Source of the DNA: an uncultured Acidimicrobiaceae bacterium
GTDB lineage: Bacteria; Actinomycetota; Acidimicrobiia; Acidimicrobiales; Bog-793
Reading direction: 5' to 3'
Assembly: GCA_963785415.1 (NCBI GenBank)
Contig: CAWAVB010000001.1
Location: forward strand, 1,187,922-1,251,921
DNA: 64,000 bases
Below, in pieces: positions 42,419-52,500 of the stretch (position 1 is the stretch's first letter; each line of letters starts with the position of its first letter). A program made the translations under genes and the position numbers. The notes below the pieces were generated by a model, which saw only the letters and a program-made list of their open reading frames with translations, did no database searches and had not been told where the DNA came from.

Positions 42419-44166
42419 CGACGGCGGCGATCCCGGCCGGGACCCGGACGCGGCGTCGCGGCGACGACGGCCCGCCCATAGGCGAACCGCGGATCGCGCC
42501 GCGCCGGTTCGGCCGGGCGGCCGTGTCGGGGTCGATCGGTGCCGCCTGCGGCATCGGGCTCCTCGCGACGTCGGGTTGGCTCATCACGCGGGCCGCCGGG
42601 CGCCCGCCCGTGTTCGTGCTCAGCGTCGCCATCGGCCTCGTGCAGGCGTTCGCCCTCGGTCGGGGACTCGCCCGCTACGCCGAACGCCTCGCCGTCCACG
42701 ACGTCTCGCTCGACGTGCTCGGGCGCCTGCGGCTCGGGCTCTACGACTCGCTCGAACCCCTCGTCCCCGGGGGCCTCGGCCCGAACGGATCAGGCGCCGT
42801 GCTCAGCGCGTTCGTCTCCGACGCCGAGATCCTCGCGACGGCCTTCGCGAAGAGGGTCACGGCGGCGGTCGACGTGACCGCGAGCGTCGTCCTCGGGGCC
42901 GGAGTCGCCGCGGCGGTCGAGCCCTCCGTCGGGGCCGTGCTTCTCGCGGGGGCCGTCGTCCTGGTCGGCGCCGCCTTCGCCCTTGCTCGCCTCGGCCGGG
43001 CCGGCGCGGAGCGCGAGGCCGCGGCGCGCGCCGAGCTCGCCGACTCGGTCATCGACACGATGCGCGTCGCCCGCGAGCTCGTCGCCTACGGCCGCGAGGA
43101 TCTCGTCGACTCCCGGCTCGAGGAGATCCGCCGGCGATCGAACGCCGGTGCGGCCCGGGGCGCCCTCGCCACCGGCATCGGCCGCGCCGTCGCCACGTTC
43201 GGCGCGGCCGCGGCGCTCATCGCCGTCATCGCCACGGGCATCGCCGCCCACGACGCCGGTCGCCTCTCGGGCGTGATGCTCGCCGTCGAGGCCTTCGTGG
43301 CCCTCGCCGTCTACGACCAGTGCGCGAGCCTCCCGCCGGTCCTTGCCGACGTCGGCGCGGCCCGCGCCGCGCGGCGTCGACTTCGCCACCTCGGGGCGCT
43401 CGCCGCTCCAGTGCGCGAACCCGGCGTGGACGAGAGCCCGCCCGCTGGTCGACTTGCGGTCGCGTTCGACGACGTCGCGGTCGTGCACGCCGACAAGGTC
43501 GCACTCGACGGGCTGTCGCTGCGGCTGGAGCCGGGACGCCGGATCGGTCTCGTCGGACCGAGCGGCTCGGGCAAGACGAGCGCGCTGTGGGCGCTTTTGC
43601 ACTTCGTGCCGTGCGCGCGCGGCGCCGTGTCGATCGGCGGCGTCGGCGTCGACCGGATGTCGCGCAAGGGCCTCGCCCGCCACGTCGGGTGGACGGCGGA
43701 GACGACCCACGTCTTCGCCGCGAGCCTCGCCGACAACCTGCGCGTCGCCGACCCGGGCGCCGACGACGCGGCGCTCATCGAGGCGATCCGGCGCGCCGGG
43801 CTGGCCGCCTGGCTCGCCTCCCTGCCGGACCGCCTCGCCACCGTGCTCGGCGCGGGCGGGCGCCAGATGAGCGCCGGCGAACGCCAGCGGCTGGGACTCG
43901 CCCGCGCCCTCCTCGCCGGGGGCGAGGTGCTGGCGCTCGACGAGCCGACCGCGCACATCGACCCGGCGTCATCGGCCGACGTGCTCGCCGAGCTCGTCGG
44001 CGCAGCCGGGGCGCGCTCGGTGCTCGTCGTCAGCCACGAACCCGACCTCGGCCGGCTCGTCGACGAGATCGTCACCCTCGACGCCGGCCGGGTCGCCACG
44101 CCCCCCGGCCTCGGCGGAACCGGTGCGCCGGAGCAACCGCCCGCCCCAAGCGCCCGGCCCGCCTGA
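42415..44166 (+). CDS. cydC: Thiol reductant ABC exporter CydC
   Basis: ATGA overlap with cydD. Motifs: GPSGSGKTS, SAGERQRLGLARA, ALDEPT. Confidence 0.85.
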   Translation: MTTAAIPAGTRTRRRGDDGPPIGEPRIAPRRFGRAAVSGSIGAACGIGLLATSGWLITRAAGRPPVFVLSVAIGLVQAFALGRGLARYAERLAVHDVSLDVLGRLRLGLYDSLEPLVPGGLGPNGSGAVLSAFVSDAEILATAFAKRVTAAVDVTASVVLGAGVAAAVEPSVGAVLLAGAVVLVGAAFALARLGRAGAEREAAARAELADSVIDTMRVARELVAYGREDLVDSRLEEIRRRSNAGAARGALATGIGRAVATFGAAAALIAVIATGIAAHDAGRLSGVMLAVEAFVALAVYDQCASLPPVLADVGAARAARRRLRHLGALAAPVREPGVDESPPAGRLAVAFDDVAVVHADKVALDGLSLRLEPGRRIGLVGPSGSGKTSALWALLHFVPCARGAVSIGGVGVDRMSRKGLARHVGWTAETTHVFAASLADNLRVADPGADDAALIEAIRRAGLAAWLASLPDRLATVLGAGGRQMSAGERQRLGLARALLAGGEVLALDEPTAHIDPASSADVLAELVGAAGARSVLVVSHEPDLGRLVDEIVTLDAGRVATPPGLGGTGAPEQPPAPSARPA

Positions 44167-44321
44167 TCGTGACGGCGCGCCACCGGATGGTCCTCGCCGA
44201 GTGCAGCTACGGCCACGGGGCGCGCCCGAAGATGCCCTCATCGACACCCGGCGCGAGCGGCGGGACAGGTGGCTTTGCAGCGCGACGGACTTCCCACCGC
44301 CTACTGGCACGTCATGCTGCG

Positions 44322-44341
44322 CGGCCCTGAGCCCGCAGGGC
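44322..44341. terminator. GC-rich 7-bp hairpin in the convergent cydC / hdr-operon spacer
   Basis: ggccctg-agcccg-cagggcc lies about 20 nt beyond the stop of the 44362 gene. No U-tract. Confidence 0.3.
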
Positions 44342-44361
44342 CCACCCGGCCGGCTACGTCG

Positions 44362-45048
44362 CTAGGCCCGGTGGTCGCGGTCCCCGCCCCAGGCGCCCAT
44401 CGACACGAGCCGGTCGCGGAACCCCGTCTCGTCCATGATCGTGCGCATCTCGGCCGCGGCGCGTTCCGACGGGAACATCGAGCCGAGGCCGAGCTCGTCG
44501 CGCAGCTCGTCGCGGCGGGCGATGAAGGCCCGCCACTTCGGGCCGAGCGCCTCGACCCGGTCGGCGAAGAAGACCTGCGGCGTGCCGCCGATCCCCTTGT
44601 CGTAGAACTGCTCGGCCCAGGCGGTGAACATCTCGACGTGCTTGATCCCGTAGCCCTCCTCGACCTGGAGCCCGCGGATGATCTGGTTGATGACGGCGAC
44701 GGAGTTGCCGCGCGGGCATCGGCTCTGGCACGTGTAGCAGTAGAAGCAGAGCCACACCGTGTCGTCGGAGAGCAGCGTCGGGTCGCCGTCGAGGGCGCGG
44801 CGGACGATCTCACGCGGTGAGTAGTCGCCGAAGCGGGCGGCGGGGCACCCCGAGGTGCAGATCCCGCACTGGATGCACGAGAGGAACCCCTCGACGTGGG
44901 CGTGCATGCGCGGGTCCGTGGCGATCCGCGCGGTGAGCTCGAGGTGCGCCGGCGGCGGCTCGGAAAAGGTGTTCTCGGCGATGACCGAGTACGGATTCGT
45001 GTGCGCGCCGTCGTCGGCGAGCGTCGTCGGCTCTTTCGTCTTAGGCAT
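44362..45048 (-). CDS. HdrC-like 2x[4Fe-4S] subunit with a C-terminal extension of about 110 aa
   Basis: ATG at 45048 (MPKTKE). Motifs CIQCGICTSGCP and CFYCYTCQSRCP. Overlaps the upstream gene by 8 nt. Confidence 0.8.
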   Translation of the reverse strand: MPKTKEPTTLADDGAHTNPYSVIAENTFSEPPPAHLELTARIATDPRMHAHVEGFLSCIQCGICTSGCPAARFGDYSPREIVRRALDGDPTLLSDDTVWLCFYCYTCQSRCPRGNSVAVINQIIRGLQVEEGYGIKHVEMFTAWAEQFYDKGIGGTPQVFFADRVEALGPKWRAFIARRDELRDELGLGSMFPSERAAAEMRTIMDETGFRDRLVSMGAWGGDRDHRA

Positions 45049-46186
45049 CGGATCCTCCGCGATCGGGCTTGTCGGGGGCGGCCCGGAAGAACTCGGGCCA
45101 GAAGTAGGCGGCCACGCCGGCGCGGCGGCGCCGGGCCGCGGACCGGACGTTGTCACGGCACAGAAGGCACGGCGTGACGATCGGGGCTTGCTCGGCAGCG
45201 GCGAAATCTAAGAGCGCCCCCACCTCCTCGCTCGGCCCCCGGTAGACGCCACCGAGGCCGCCGCAGCAGCCGGCGTGCAACGCGGGGTAGGAGATCACGG
45301 ACTCGGCACCGGCGAGCTCGGCCGCGTCGGCGAGGAGCGCCAGCGCGCCGTCCCGATCGGCGAGGCACCCGACGTAGGGCACGAAGCGCGCCGCGGCGGC
45401 CTCGAGCTTGCGCCCGTCGCGGCGGGCCGTCTCGACGAGGACCCGCCACACCGGCGTGACCTCTACCCCGGCGTCGCCGAGCGAACGGTCGCACGCCGGG
45501 CAGGCCGTCACGACCGCCCCGAGGCCGACGAGGTCCGCCGGCGGACAGGCGCCCGCCGGGTGGCCGCAGCACACGGCCCCGGTGGGCCGGACGAGCCCGA
45601 CGCCGAGCTCGGCGGCGAGACCCAGCGTGCCGGCGAGGAGGGACGGGTCGGCGTCGAGGGCGCAACCGGCGAAGAACGACACGTCCCCGTCCGCCGGCGC
45701 GGCGGAGCGGGGCGCGCGCCGGAACCGGCGGGCGACGCGGTGGACGCCCTGGGAGGCCGCGTCGACGAGATCGTCGGGAACGAAGCCCCGGACCGCCATC
45801 GCCGCGCCGAAGGCGACGGCGTCGACCGTCGGCTTTCTCGACAGGCGCCGCGTGGCGACGGCGGCGGCGCCGCGCTCGGGACAGCGCGGCCCCCCGAAGG
45901 CCTCCTGGAGCCGGCGCACGTCGGCCATCACGGCGGCGACGTCGACTCCCATCGGACAGGCCTCGTTGCAGGCGCCGCAGCCGGTGCAGCGCCACACGTC
46001 CTCGGCTGCGAGCAGCTCGTCGACGTCCCCCGCCAGCAGCTGCCGGATCACCCGGCGCGGGCCCTCGGCCATCGCGAGGCCCTGCGGGCAGGCGCTCCGG
46101 CACCGCCCGCACTGGTAACACGGCCGGCAACGCTCGGCGATCGCGGTGACGACTGAGCGTGCCTCCTCGGTGGCGACGGCCGTCAT
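45041..46186 (-). CDS. Soluble HdrD/GlcF-like fusion: HdrC-type ferredoxin domain + two CCG (HdrB-type) domains
   Basis: CYQCGRCRSACP and CTGCGACNEACP, then FFAGC...AVCCGHPAG...TACPAC and YVGC...AGCCGGLGG...TPCLLC. ATGA overlap with the upstream gene. Confidence 0.8.
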   Translation of the reverse strand: MTAVATEEARSVVTAIAERCRPCYQCGRCRSACPQGLAMAEGPRRVIRQLLAGDVDELLAAEDVWRCTGCGACNEACPMGVDVAAVMADVRRLQEAFGGPRCPERGAAAVATRRLSRKPTVDAVAFGAAMAVRGFVPDDLVDAASQGVHRVARRFRRAPRSAAPADGDVSFFAGCALDADPSLLAGTLGLAAELGVGLVRPTGAVCCGHPAGACPPADLVGLGAVVTACPACDRSLGDAGVEVTPVWRVLVETARRDGRKLEAAAARFVPYVGCLADRDGALALLADAAELAGAESVISYPALHAGCCGGLGGVYRGPSEEVGALLDFAAAEQAPIVTPCLLCRDNVRSAARRRRAGVAAYFWPEFFRAAPDKPDRGGSDA

Positions 46187-48580
46187 GACGATCCCCCGCC
46201 GATCCCCGCCAGGGCGGGGTCGGCTCCGGTAGCCCGCTCATCGGCGAGCCTCTCGGCGTGGGCGCAGAAGGTGCGGAGCCGGCGCCCGACGGTGTGGCGC
46301 TCCGCGGCGCACAGGTGCCACTGCTCGATCGGCATCGGGTTGCCCGCCTCGGCGAGGAGCTCTACCGCCACGGCGATCTGCTCGGCGGCGCTCCGGTCGC
46401 CGCCCCGGTACTGGCAGCGGTCCTCGGCGCAGCCGGCGAGGAAGACCCCCGCCGCACCGAGCCGCGCCGCCTCGACGAGGTGCAGCGCGCTCACCCGCCC
46501 GAGGCAGGGCAGCTCGACGAGGCGCACGTTTTCCGGGTAGCGGTCGCGGCGCACCCCCGCCAACGAGAAGGCGGCGCCGGCACACTCGGCGCAGACGAAT
46601 CCGACGACGGGGTGGTCCGCGCCCTCGACGAGCGTGCGCACCCGGCCGAGCAGCGTCTCGTCGTCGAGGCCGTGGGCGATCGCCAGCTCCGGGCAGTGCG
46701 CGGCGCAGATCCCGCAGGCCCGGCAGCGGTCGGCGTCGACGACGGCGATCATCGCGTCGTCGCGCAGCCCTGCCGGGCGCGGCGCGTCGGCGGAGCGCGG
46801 CGACAAGACCCATCGCCCCGAACGGGCAGGCGCCCGTGCAGACGTCGCATCCGACACAGCGCGACCCGTCGATCGTCGGGGCCGCCGCGGGACGCCGGGA
46901 CGTCGAGGTGAGGTAGCGGTGGACCTGACCCGCCGCCGCGGACGCCTGGGACGAGGACTCGGCGAGCGACTTCGGCCCGGAGGCGGATCCGCAGACGAAC
47001 ACACCCTCGGCCGACGTCTCGGTCGCCCGGTTCTTCGCGTCGAGGACGTCGACGAAGCCCGCGGCGTCGAGTCGCGCGCCGAGCACCCCGGCGACGCGCT
47101 CGGTGTCGGCGGACGGCACGAACCCAGTCGACAAAACGACGAGATCGGGCCGGAGCACCCGCTTCACGCCGGCACCCACGTCCTCGACCTCCACGACGGG
47201 CCGTTTGTCGCCGTCGAGCTCGACCCGGGGCGGGGAGCCCCGCAGGAACTCGACGCCGGCCGCGCGCGCCGCCGTGTACCAGCTCTCCCCCTCGGTGCCG
47301 AGGGTGCGCAGCTCGAGGTAGCAGACTGTGACCCGCGTCGTCGGGAACAGCCTTCGCAACCGGATGGCGTGCTTCAGGGCGATCGTGCAGCAAAGCCGCG
47401 AGCAGTACGGCAGGCGCCGCAGGTCACGTGACCCGGCGCACTGGACCATGACGACGTCCCCGACCGGGGGCCGGTCGAGCCAGAGCCGCTCCTCCCAGCC
47501 GTCAAGCACGGGCGCGAACTCGGTCTGGGTGAGCACCCGTTCGGCGGGGTAACCGAGGTGGGCGACGAGCTCCGCGGGGGCGGGGTCGCAACCGGTGGCG
47601 GCGACGATCGCGCCGGCCCGGATCGTGGCGAGCCGCGGCGACTGGGTGAAGTCGATCGCCTCGACCGGGCACGCCTCGGCGCAGGCGCCGCAGAACGTGC
47701 AGCTGTCGAGGTCGACCGCCCAGCGGACCCGGCCGTCGAACAGCTCTGAGTAGATCGCCTTGTGCTCGCCGTCCGGCCCGGTGACCCCGCACGCCTTCTC
47801 GCACAGACCGCAGTCGACGCAGTCCTGCGTCACCATGTTCGGGAGCTGGCGGAGGGTGACCTCGAACCCGCCCGGTTCGCCGGACACCGACTCCACCTCG
47901 GTGCGCCGCCAGATCGCGAGGTTCGGGTGGTCGACGGCCGCGTTCCGGAAAAGGCAGCGGCGGACCCCGGACTGCTCCTCGACCGTCGGCAGGCACGCCC
48001 CGCAGTCGTTCGTCGGGTAGGCCGTGCCGATCCGGGTGGCGTAGCCGCCGAGGAACGCCTGGCGCTCGACGAGGTCGACGTGATGGCCCATCCGGGCGAG
48101 CTCGGTCGCCGTGGCGATGCCGGCGACGCCCCCGCCCAAGACGACCACCGAATCGACCCGTGCCGCGGGGGCGGCCGGCCGGGGACGGGCCGCGGGGAAC
48201 CGCAGGGCCGCCCGGGCGATGCGCAGGGCCTTGTCGGTGACCGCCGTGCGATCCTCGCCGTGGACCCAGGAACAGCCTTCCCGGACGTCGGCCACCTCGA
48301 GAGAAAGGCCCAGAGCCGCGAGGTTTCCGAAGCGCTGCGCGACGGAGTCCGCCGAGCAGCCGACGAACACCAGGCGCTCGCCCGTCCCGTTTTCGGCGAG
48401 CTCGGCGAGCCGGGCCCGACCCTCGCGTCCGCACCACACCCGGCGCCGTTCGACCGGTCCCCCGTCGTCGGCGAGCCCGCGCTCTACGACGCCGAAGTCG
48501 ACGTTCGCCGCCATCGTCCCGGCGCACTCGCAGACAAGGGTGCGCGCGCCCCCGGGGGCACCCGCGTCGGATCCCGTCAC
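46183..48580 (-). CDS. HdrA-like flavoprotein continuing, after a +1 frame break near 46770-46815, into a second [4Fe-4S] motif and an MvhD domain (QmoB-like architecture)
   Basis: GTG at 48580 forms a GTGA overlap with the ferredoxin stop. Frame A carries LVCECAGTMAANVD, VVVLGGGVAGIATATELA and ...CVGCDVCTGACPFGAMGLV. Frame B continues with AVVDADRCRACGICAAHCPELAI and VVGFVCAECAG...LPCLGRVS...GCAEDRCQYRGGD. The interval is 2398 nt (3n+1), and frame A has no stop until 46238. Confidence 0.7.
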
Positions 48581-49029
48581 GCCAGCACCGCAGTGGCAAA
48601 GCTTCTCGTTGCCGCGAGGCACCCGAGATCGGCCCCGTCGACCGGCCGCGCCGTCACCGCACCGGTCGGACAGGCGCGCGTGCACGCCCCACAGCCGAGA
48701 CAGCGGTCGCGGTCGAACTCGATCGTCCGAAAGGTCCGCACCCGGTCGGGGACCTCGAACGAACCGTCCGGCTCGTGGCGGGCGATCCGTCGCAGGCAGG
48801 CACCGAGGGCTCCGCGCGTCGTCCCGGCGGGCGCGTCGTAGAGCTGGAGCGGATCGAAAAGTGCACTCTCGGCAATGGCGGCGGACGGGCAGACCTTGAC
48901 GCATCGACCGCAGCCGATGCAGAGCTCCTCGTGGCGGACGATCTCGCAACCGATCCCGTCGGTCGCCGTCTTGGGCGCCACTCCGGGGAGCGAACCCAGC
49001 ATCTCCCGTCCGCGGGCGGTGAGCGGCAT
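48577..49029 (-). CDS. 2x[4Fe-4S] ferredoxin-domain protein
   Basis: CIGCGRCVKVCP and CLGCGACTRACP motifs separated by about 70 aa. Confidence 0.75.
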   Translation of the reverse strand: MPLTARGREMLGSLPGVAPKTATDGIGCEIVRHEELCIGCGRCVKVCPSAAIAESALFDPLQLYDAPAGTTRGALGACLRRIARHEPDGSFEVPDRVRTFRTIEFDRDRCLGCGACTRACPTGAVTARPVDGADLGCLAATRSFATAVLA

Positions 49030-49032
49030 CGC

Positions 49033-49512
49033 CTACCGCCTCGACAGCCGGGGCAGGCCCGAGATCGTCGCGTGCATCCGGCGTGTCGCGGCGACGAAGC
49101 GCGGCGAGTCGTTGGCGCTCATCGTGAACATCTGGACGCGCTCGGGCTCGACCCCCACGGATTCCAGCAAACGTTGGACGAAGGCGACCCGGTCGAGCGC
49201 CGACAGGTTCCCTTCCCGGTAGTGGCACTGGCCCTCGAGGCAGCCGGCCACGAAGACGCCGTCGGCCCCCTCGGCGAGGGCACTCAGCACGTGGAGGGGA
49301 CTGACGCGGCCGGTGCACGGCATGAGCACGCTGCGAACGGTGGTCGGCAACGGGACGCGTGCATTCCCGGTCGCGTCGGCGGCGGCGTAGGCACATTCCC
49401 GGCAGAAGAACCCGATGATCGTGCGTCCACTGTCGTCGGCGTCTGATCCGTCCGGGCCCTTCGGGACGGGCGCGACCGTCCCGGGAACGAGCGCAGCCGG
49501 GACGCTAGGCAC
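49033..49512 (-). CDS. MvhD/FlpD-like (methyl-viologen-reducing hydrogenase delta subunit family) protein
   Basis: IIGFFCRECAYAAAD...MPCTGRVSPLHVLSALAEGADGVFVAGCLEGQCHYREGN matches the MvhD Cys pattern. Overlaps the hdrA2 stop by 8 nt. Confidence 0.8.
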   Translation of the reverse strand: MPSVPAALVPGTVAPVPKGPDGSDADDSGRTIIGFFCRECAYAAADATGNARVPLPTTVRSVLMPCTGRVSPLHVLSALAEGADGVFVAGCLEGQCHYREGNLSALDRVAFVQRLLESVGVEPERVQMFTMSANDSPRFVAATRRMHATISGLPRLSRR

Positions 49513-52500
49513 GGGCGGTCACCTCGGCGAGAATCTCGGCATCCGAGAAGCCGCCGAGGGTCATCGCCCCGGACGGGCACTCGGCGACGCAGATGCCGCA
49601 GCCCCGGCAGCTCTCCGACTCGACGACGGCGTGGGCGGGCACGCCGTCGACGAGGTGCACGGCGCCCTGGGGACAGACGTTCTCGCAGACGCCGCAACCG
49701 ATGCAAACCTCGGGATCGGACCAGGCGACCTCGGCGGGGGTCATGAGGAAGCCGCTCGAGAGCATCGACATCACGCGGGCCGCGGCCGCCTTGGCCTGGG
49801 CGATCGTGTCCGGGATGTTCTTCGGGCCCTGGGCGGTCCCGGCGACGAAGACGCCGGCGCGCTGGGTGTCCACCGGGCGCAGCTTGGGGTGGTACTCCTT
49901 CAGGAAGCCCGCGGCGTCCTGCTGCAGGCCGGCCACCCGGGCGATCTGCGCCGTCCCGTCCGAGCCCTCGAGCCCGGCGGAGAGCACGACGAGGTCGAAC
50001 AGCTCCTCGGTCTTGCGCCCGGTCACAGTGTCCTCGAAGCGGACCCGGAGCCGTTGGTCGGGCTCCTCGATCAGCTCGCCGACCCGGGTGCGGACGTAGC
50101 GAACCCCGCGGGTCGCCACCAGCCGGTAGTACTCCTCGTGCGCCTTGCCGGGCGCCCGCAGGTCCGTGTAGCCGATCGTCACCTCGCACTCGGGATGGTC
50201 CTGTCTGATGAGCGAGGCATGCACCGTGGCGAAGAGGCAGCAGATCGCCGAGCAGTGCGTGTTGCCCCGTGAGGTCTGGTCGCGCGAGCCGACGCACTGC
50301 AGCATGAAGATCCGCTTCGGCGTCTCGCCATCGGAGGGCCGCCGCAGCTCGCCGCCGGTCGGCCCCGAGGCGGAGACGAGGCGGGCGAGCTGGCTCTGGG
50401 TGATCACGTTGGCGTACCGGCCGAACCCGAGCGGAGGCTTGCGCCGGGCGTCGAACTCGCGGTGGCCCGTGGCGATCACCATCGCGCCGACCGTCAGCTC
50501 CTCCTCCCACGGCTCCTGGTCGAAATCGATGGCGTGCGCCGGACAGACCGTCTCGCAGGAACGGCAGTCGCAGCAGCCGCCGCAGGCGACGCAGCGCCGC
50601 GCCTCGGCGACGGCGTCGTCTTCGCTGAGCCCGAGGCGCACCTCGCCCCAGGTCCCCCTGCGCTCCTCGGGGGCGGCCATCGGCATGGGCCGGCGCCGCT
50701 GTGGCCTGCCCGACGGCAGGTCGGCGTCCGCCACCTCGGCTGTCGGGCGGCCGGGTTGCCAGACCTCCGCCCACTCCTCGCCGCGCAGGAAGTTGTGGAT
50801 CGCGCGAGCGGCGCGCCGTCCGTCGGCGATCGCCTCGACCGGGGTCGAGAGCCCCGGCACCGCGGCACGGCCCGCTGCGAACACGCCGGGCCGCTCCGTG
50901 AGAAGCGTCGCCCGGTCCGTGACGACCTGTCTGCCGGCCACCCGGACGCCCGTCGCGCCCACGAGGAACCCCTCGTCGATCTCCGAACCGTCCGCCAAGA
51001 CGACAGAGTCCACGGCGATCTCGCGCGGCTCTTCGCCCGCCCGGGCAAGGAACCGGAGGGCGCCGGCGGCACCGTCTTCCGAGATCTCGACCGGCACGAG
51101 CCCGCAGGCGAGCTCGACCCCTTCGTCGACCGCCTCGGTGACGAGCTCCGGCTGAGCGGCAAGGGCCGGGCGGTCCTCGGCGCAGGCGACCGTGACGGTT
51201 TGCGCGCCAAGCCGCAGGCAGCTGCGGGCGGCGTCGAAGGCGGCGTCGCCGCTCCCGACCACGACCACCCGCCGTCCGATCGCGACCGGCTCGCCCGTGG
51301 CGCGGGCGCCCAGCAGCTCGGCGGCCGAGACGACACCAGGCCGGTCCGATCCGGGAAGCGTCGAGGTCGCGGCACGCTGGCGACCGACGGCGAGCAGCAC
51401 CGCCTGGTAACCGGAGGAAACAAGGGAGTCCACGGTGAAGTCCGCCCCACAACGCTCGCCGGCCCGGAACTCGACGCCGTGGGCGAGCACGCGCCCGACC
51501 TCCTGGTCGAGGAGCTCGCGCGGCAGACGGAACTCCGGGACGAGGCGACGCAGCTCCCCGCCCGCTTCGGGCTGCGCCTCGAAGACAGTGACGTGGTAGC
51601 CGAACCGGGCGAGCTCCCGCGCCGCGGTGAGCCCCGCGGGGCCGGCGCCCACGACGGCGACCTTCTCCTCGTACACCGCCGGGGGGGCGACGACTGGGGG
51701 CGCCGCCGTGACGCGGTCAGCGACGAAGCGCCCGACAGCGGCGATCGCGACGGGCTCGTCGACCCGGCCCCTCGTGCACGCGGTCTCGCACTCGTGGCCA
51801 CAGACCCGGCCGCACACGCTCGGGAACGGGTTCTCCCGACTCGCCAGCTCGTAGGCGTCGGCGGTGCGCCCCTGGGCGACGAGGGCGGCAACCCCCTGGG
51901 CGGCGGTGTGCACCGGGCAGACCGCCACACAGGGCGCCCAGCCGCGGTAGTCGATCGCGAACCCCGCGGGGACCGCGTTGGCGAACGGCCGTCCGATTGC
52001 CTTGCGCTTCGCCATGCCGAAGTCGAAGGCGCTCTCCAGCTCGACCGGACACGCCGAGGTGCACCGCCCACAGGCCACACAGCGCTCGGAGACGTAGCTC
52101 GGACGGTGGAGCACCCGCACCCGCAGCTCGCCCGGCGGGCCGACCACGGACGTCACCTCGGAGAGGGTGTGGACGTGGATGCGTGAGTCCGTCGCGGCGT
52201 TGGCGAGACGTGGCGCGAGCGAGCACATCGCGCAGTCCTCGGTCGGGAAGGTCTTCGACAAGCGTGCCATGTAACCGCCGAGCGACTGCTCGCGTTCGAC
52301 GATGTGTACCTCGATGCCCGCGTCGGCGAGCTCCTCGGCAGCGGACATCCCGCCGATCCCCCCACCGACGACGACCGCGGAACGGTGCAGGAACGTCCGG
52401 GTCCGCGTCAGGTCGGACTGCTGGGTCGCGCGGGCGACCGCCGCGGCGAGGATCGTCTCGGCCTTTTGCTGCGCCTTCGCCGGTTCGTCGCGGTGGACGA

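Noticed and set aside
42357-44330. 657-aa plus-strand ORF overlapping cydC
   Set aside because: Arg-rich nonsense. The cydC frame carries Walker A and ABC signature motifs.
49284-51452. 722-aa minus-strand ORF, plus ORFs 50494..52080 and 50462..52186, inside the hdrA2 region
   Set aside because: Off-frame Arg/Pro-rich reads. The hdrA2 frame has FAD, FeS and GltD motifs throughout.
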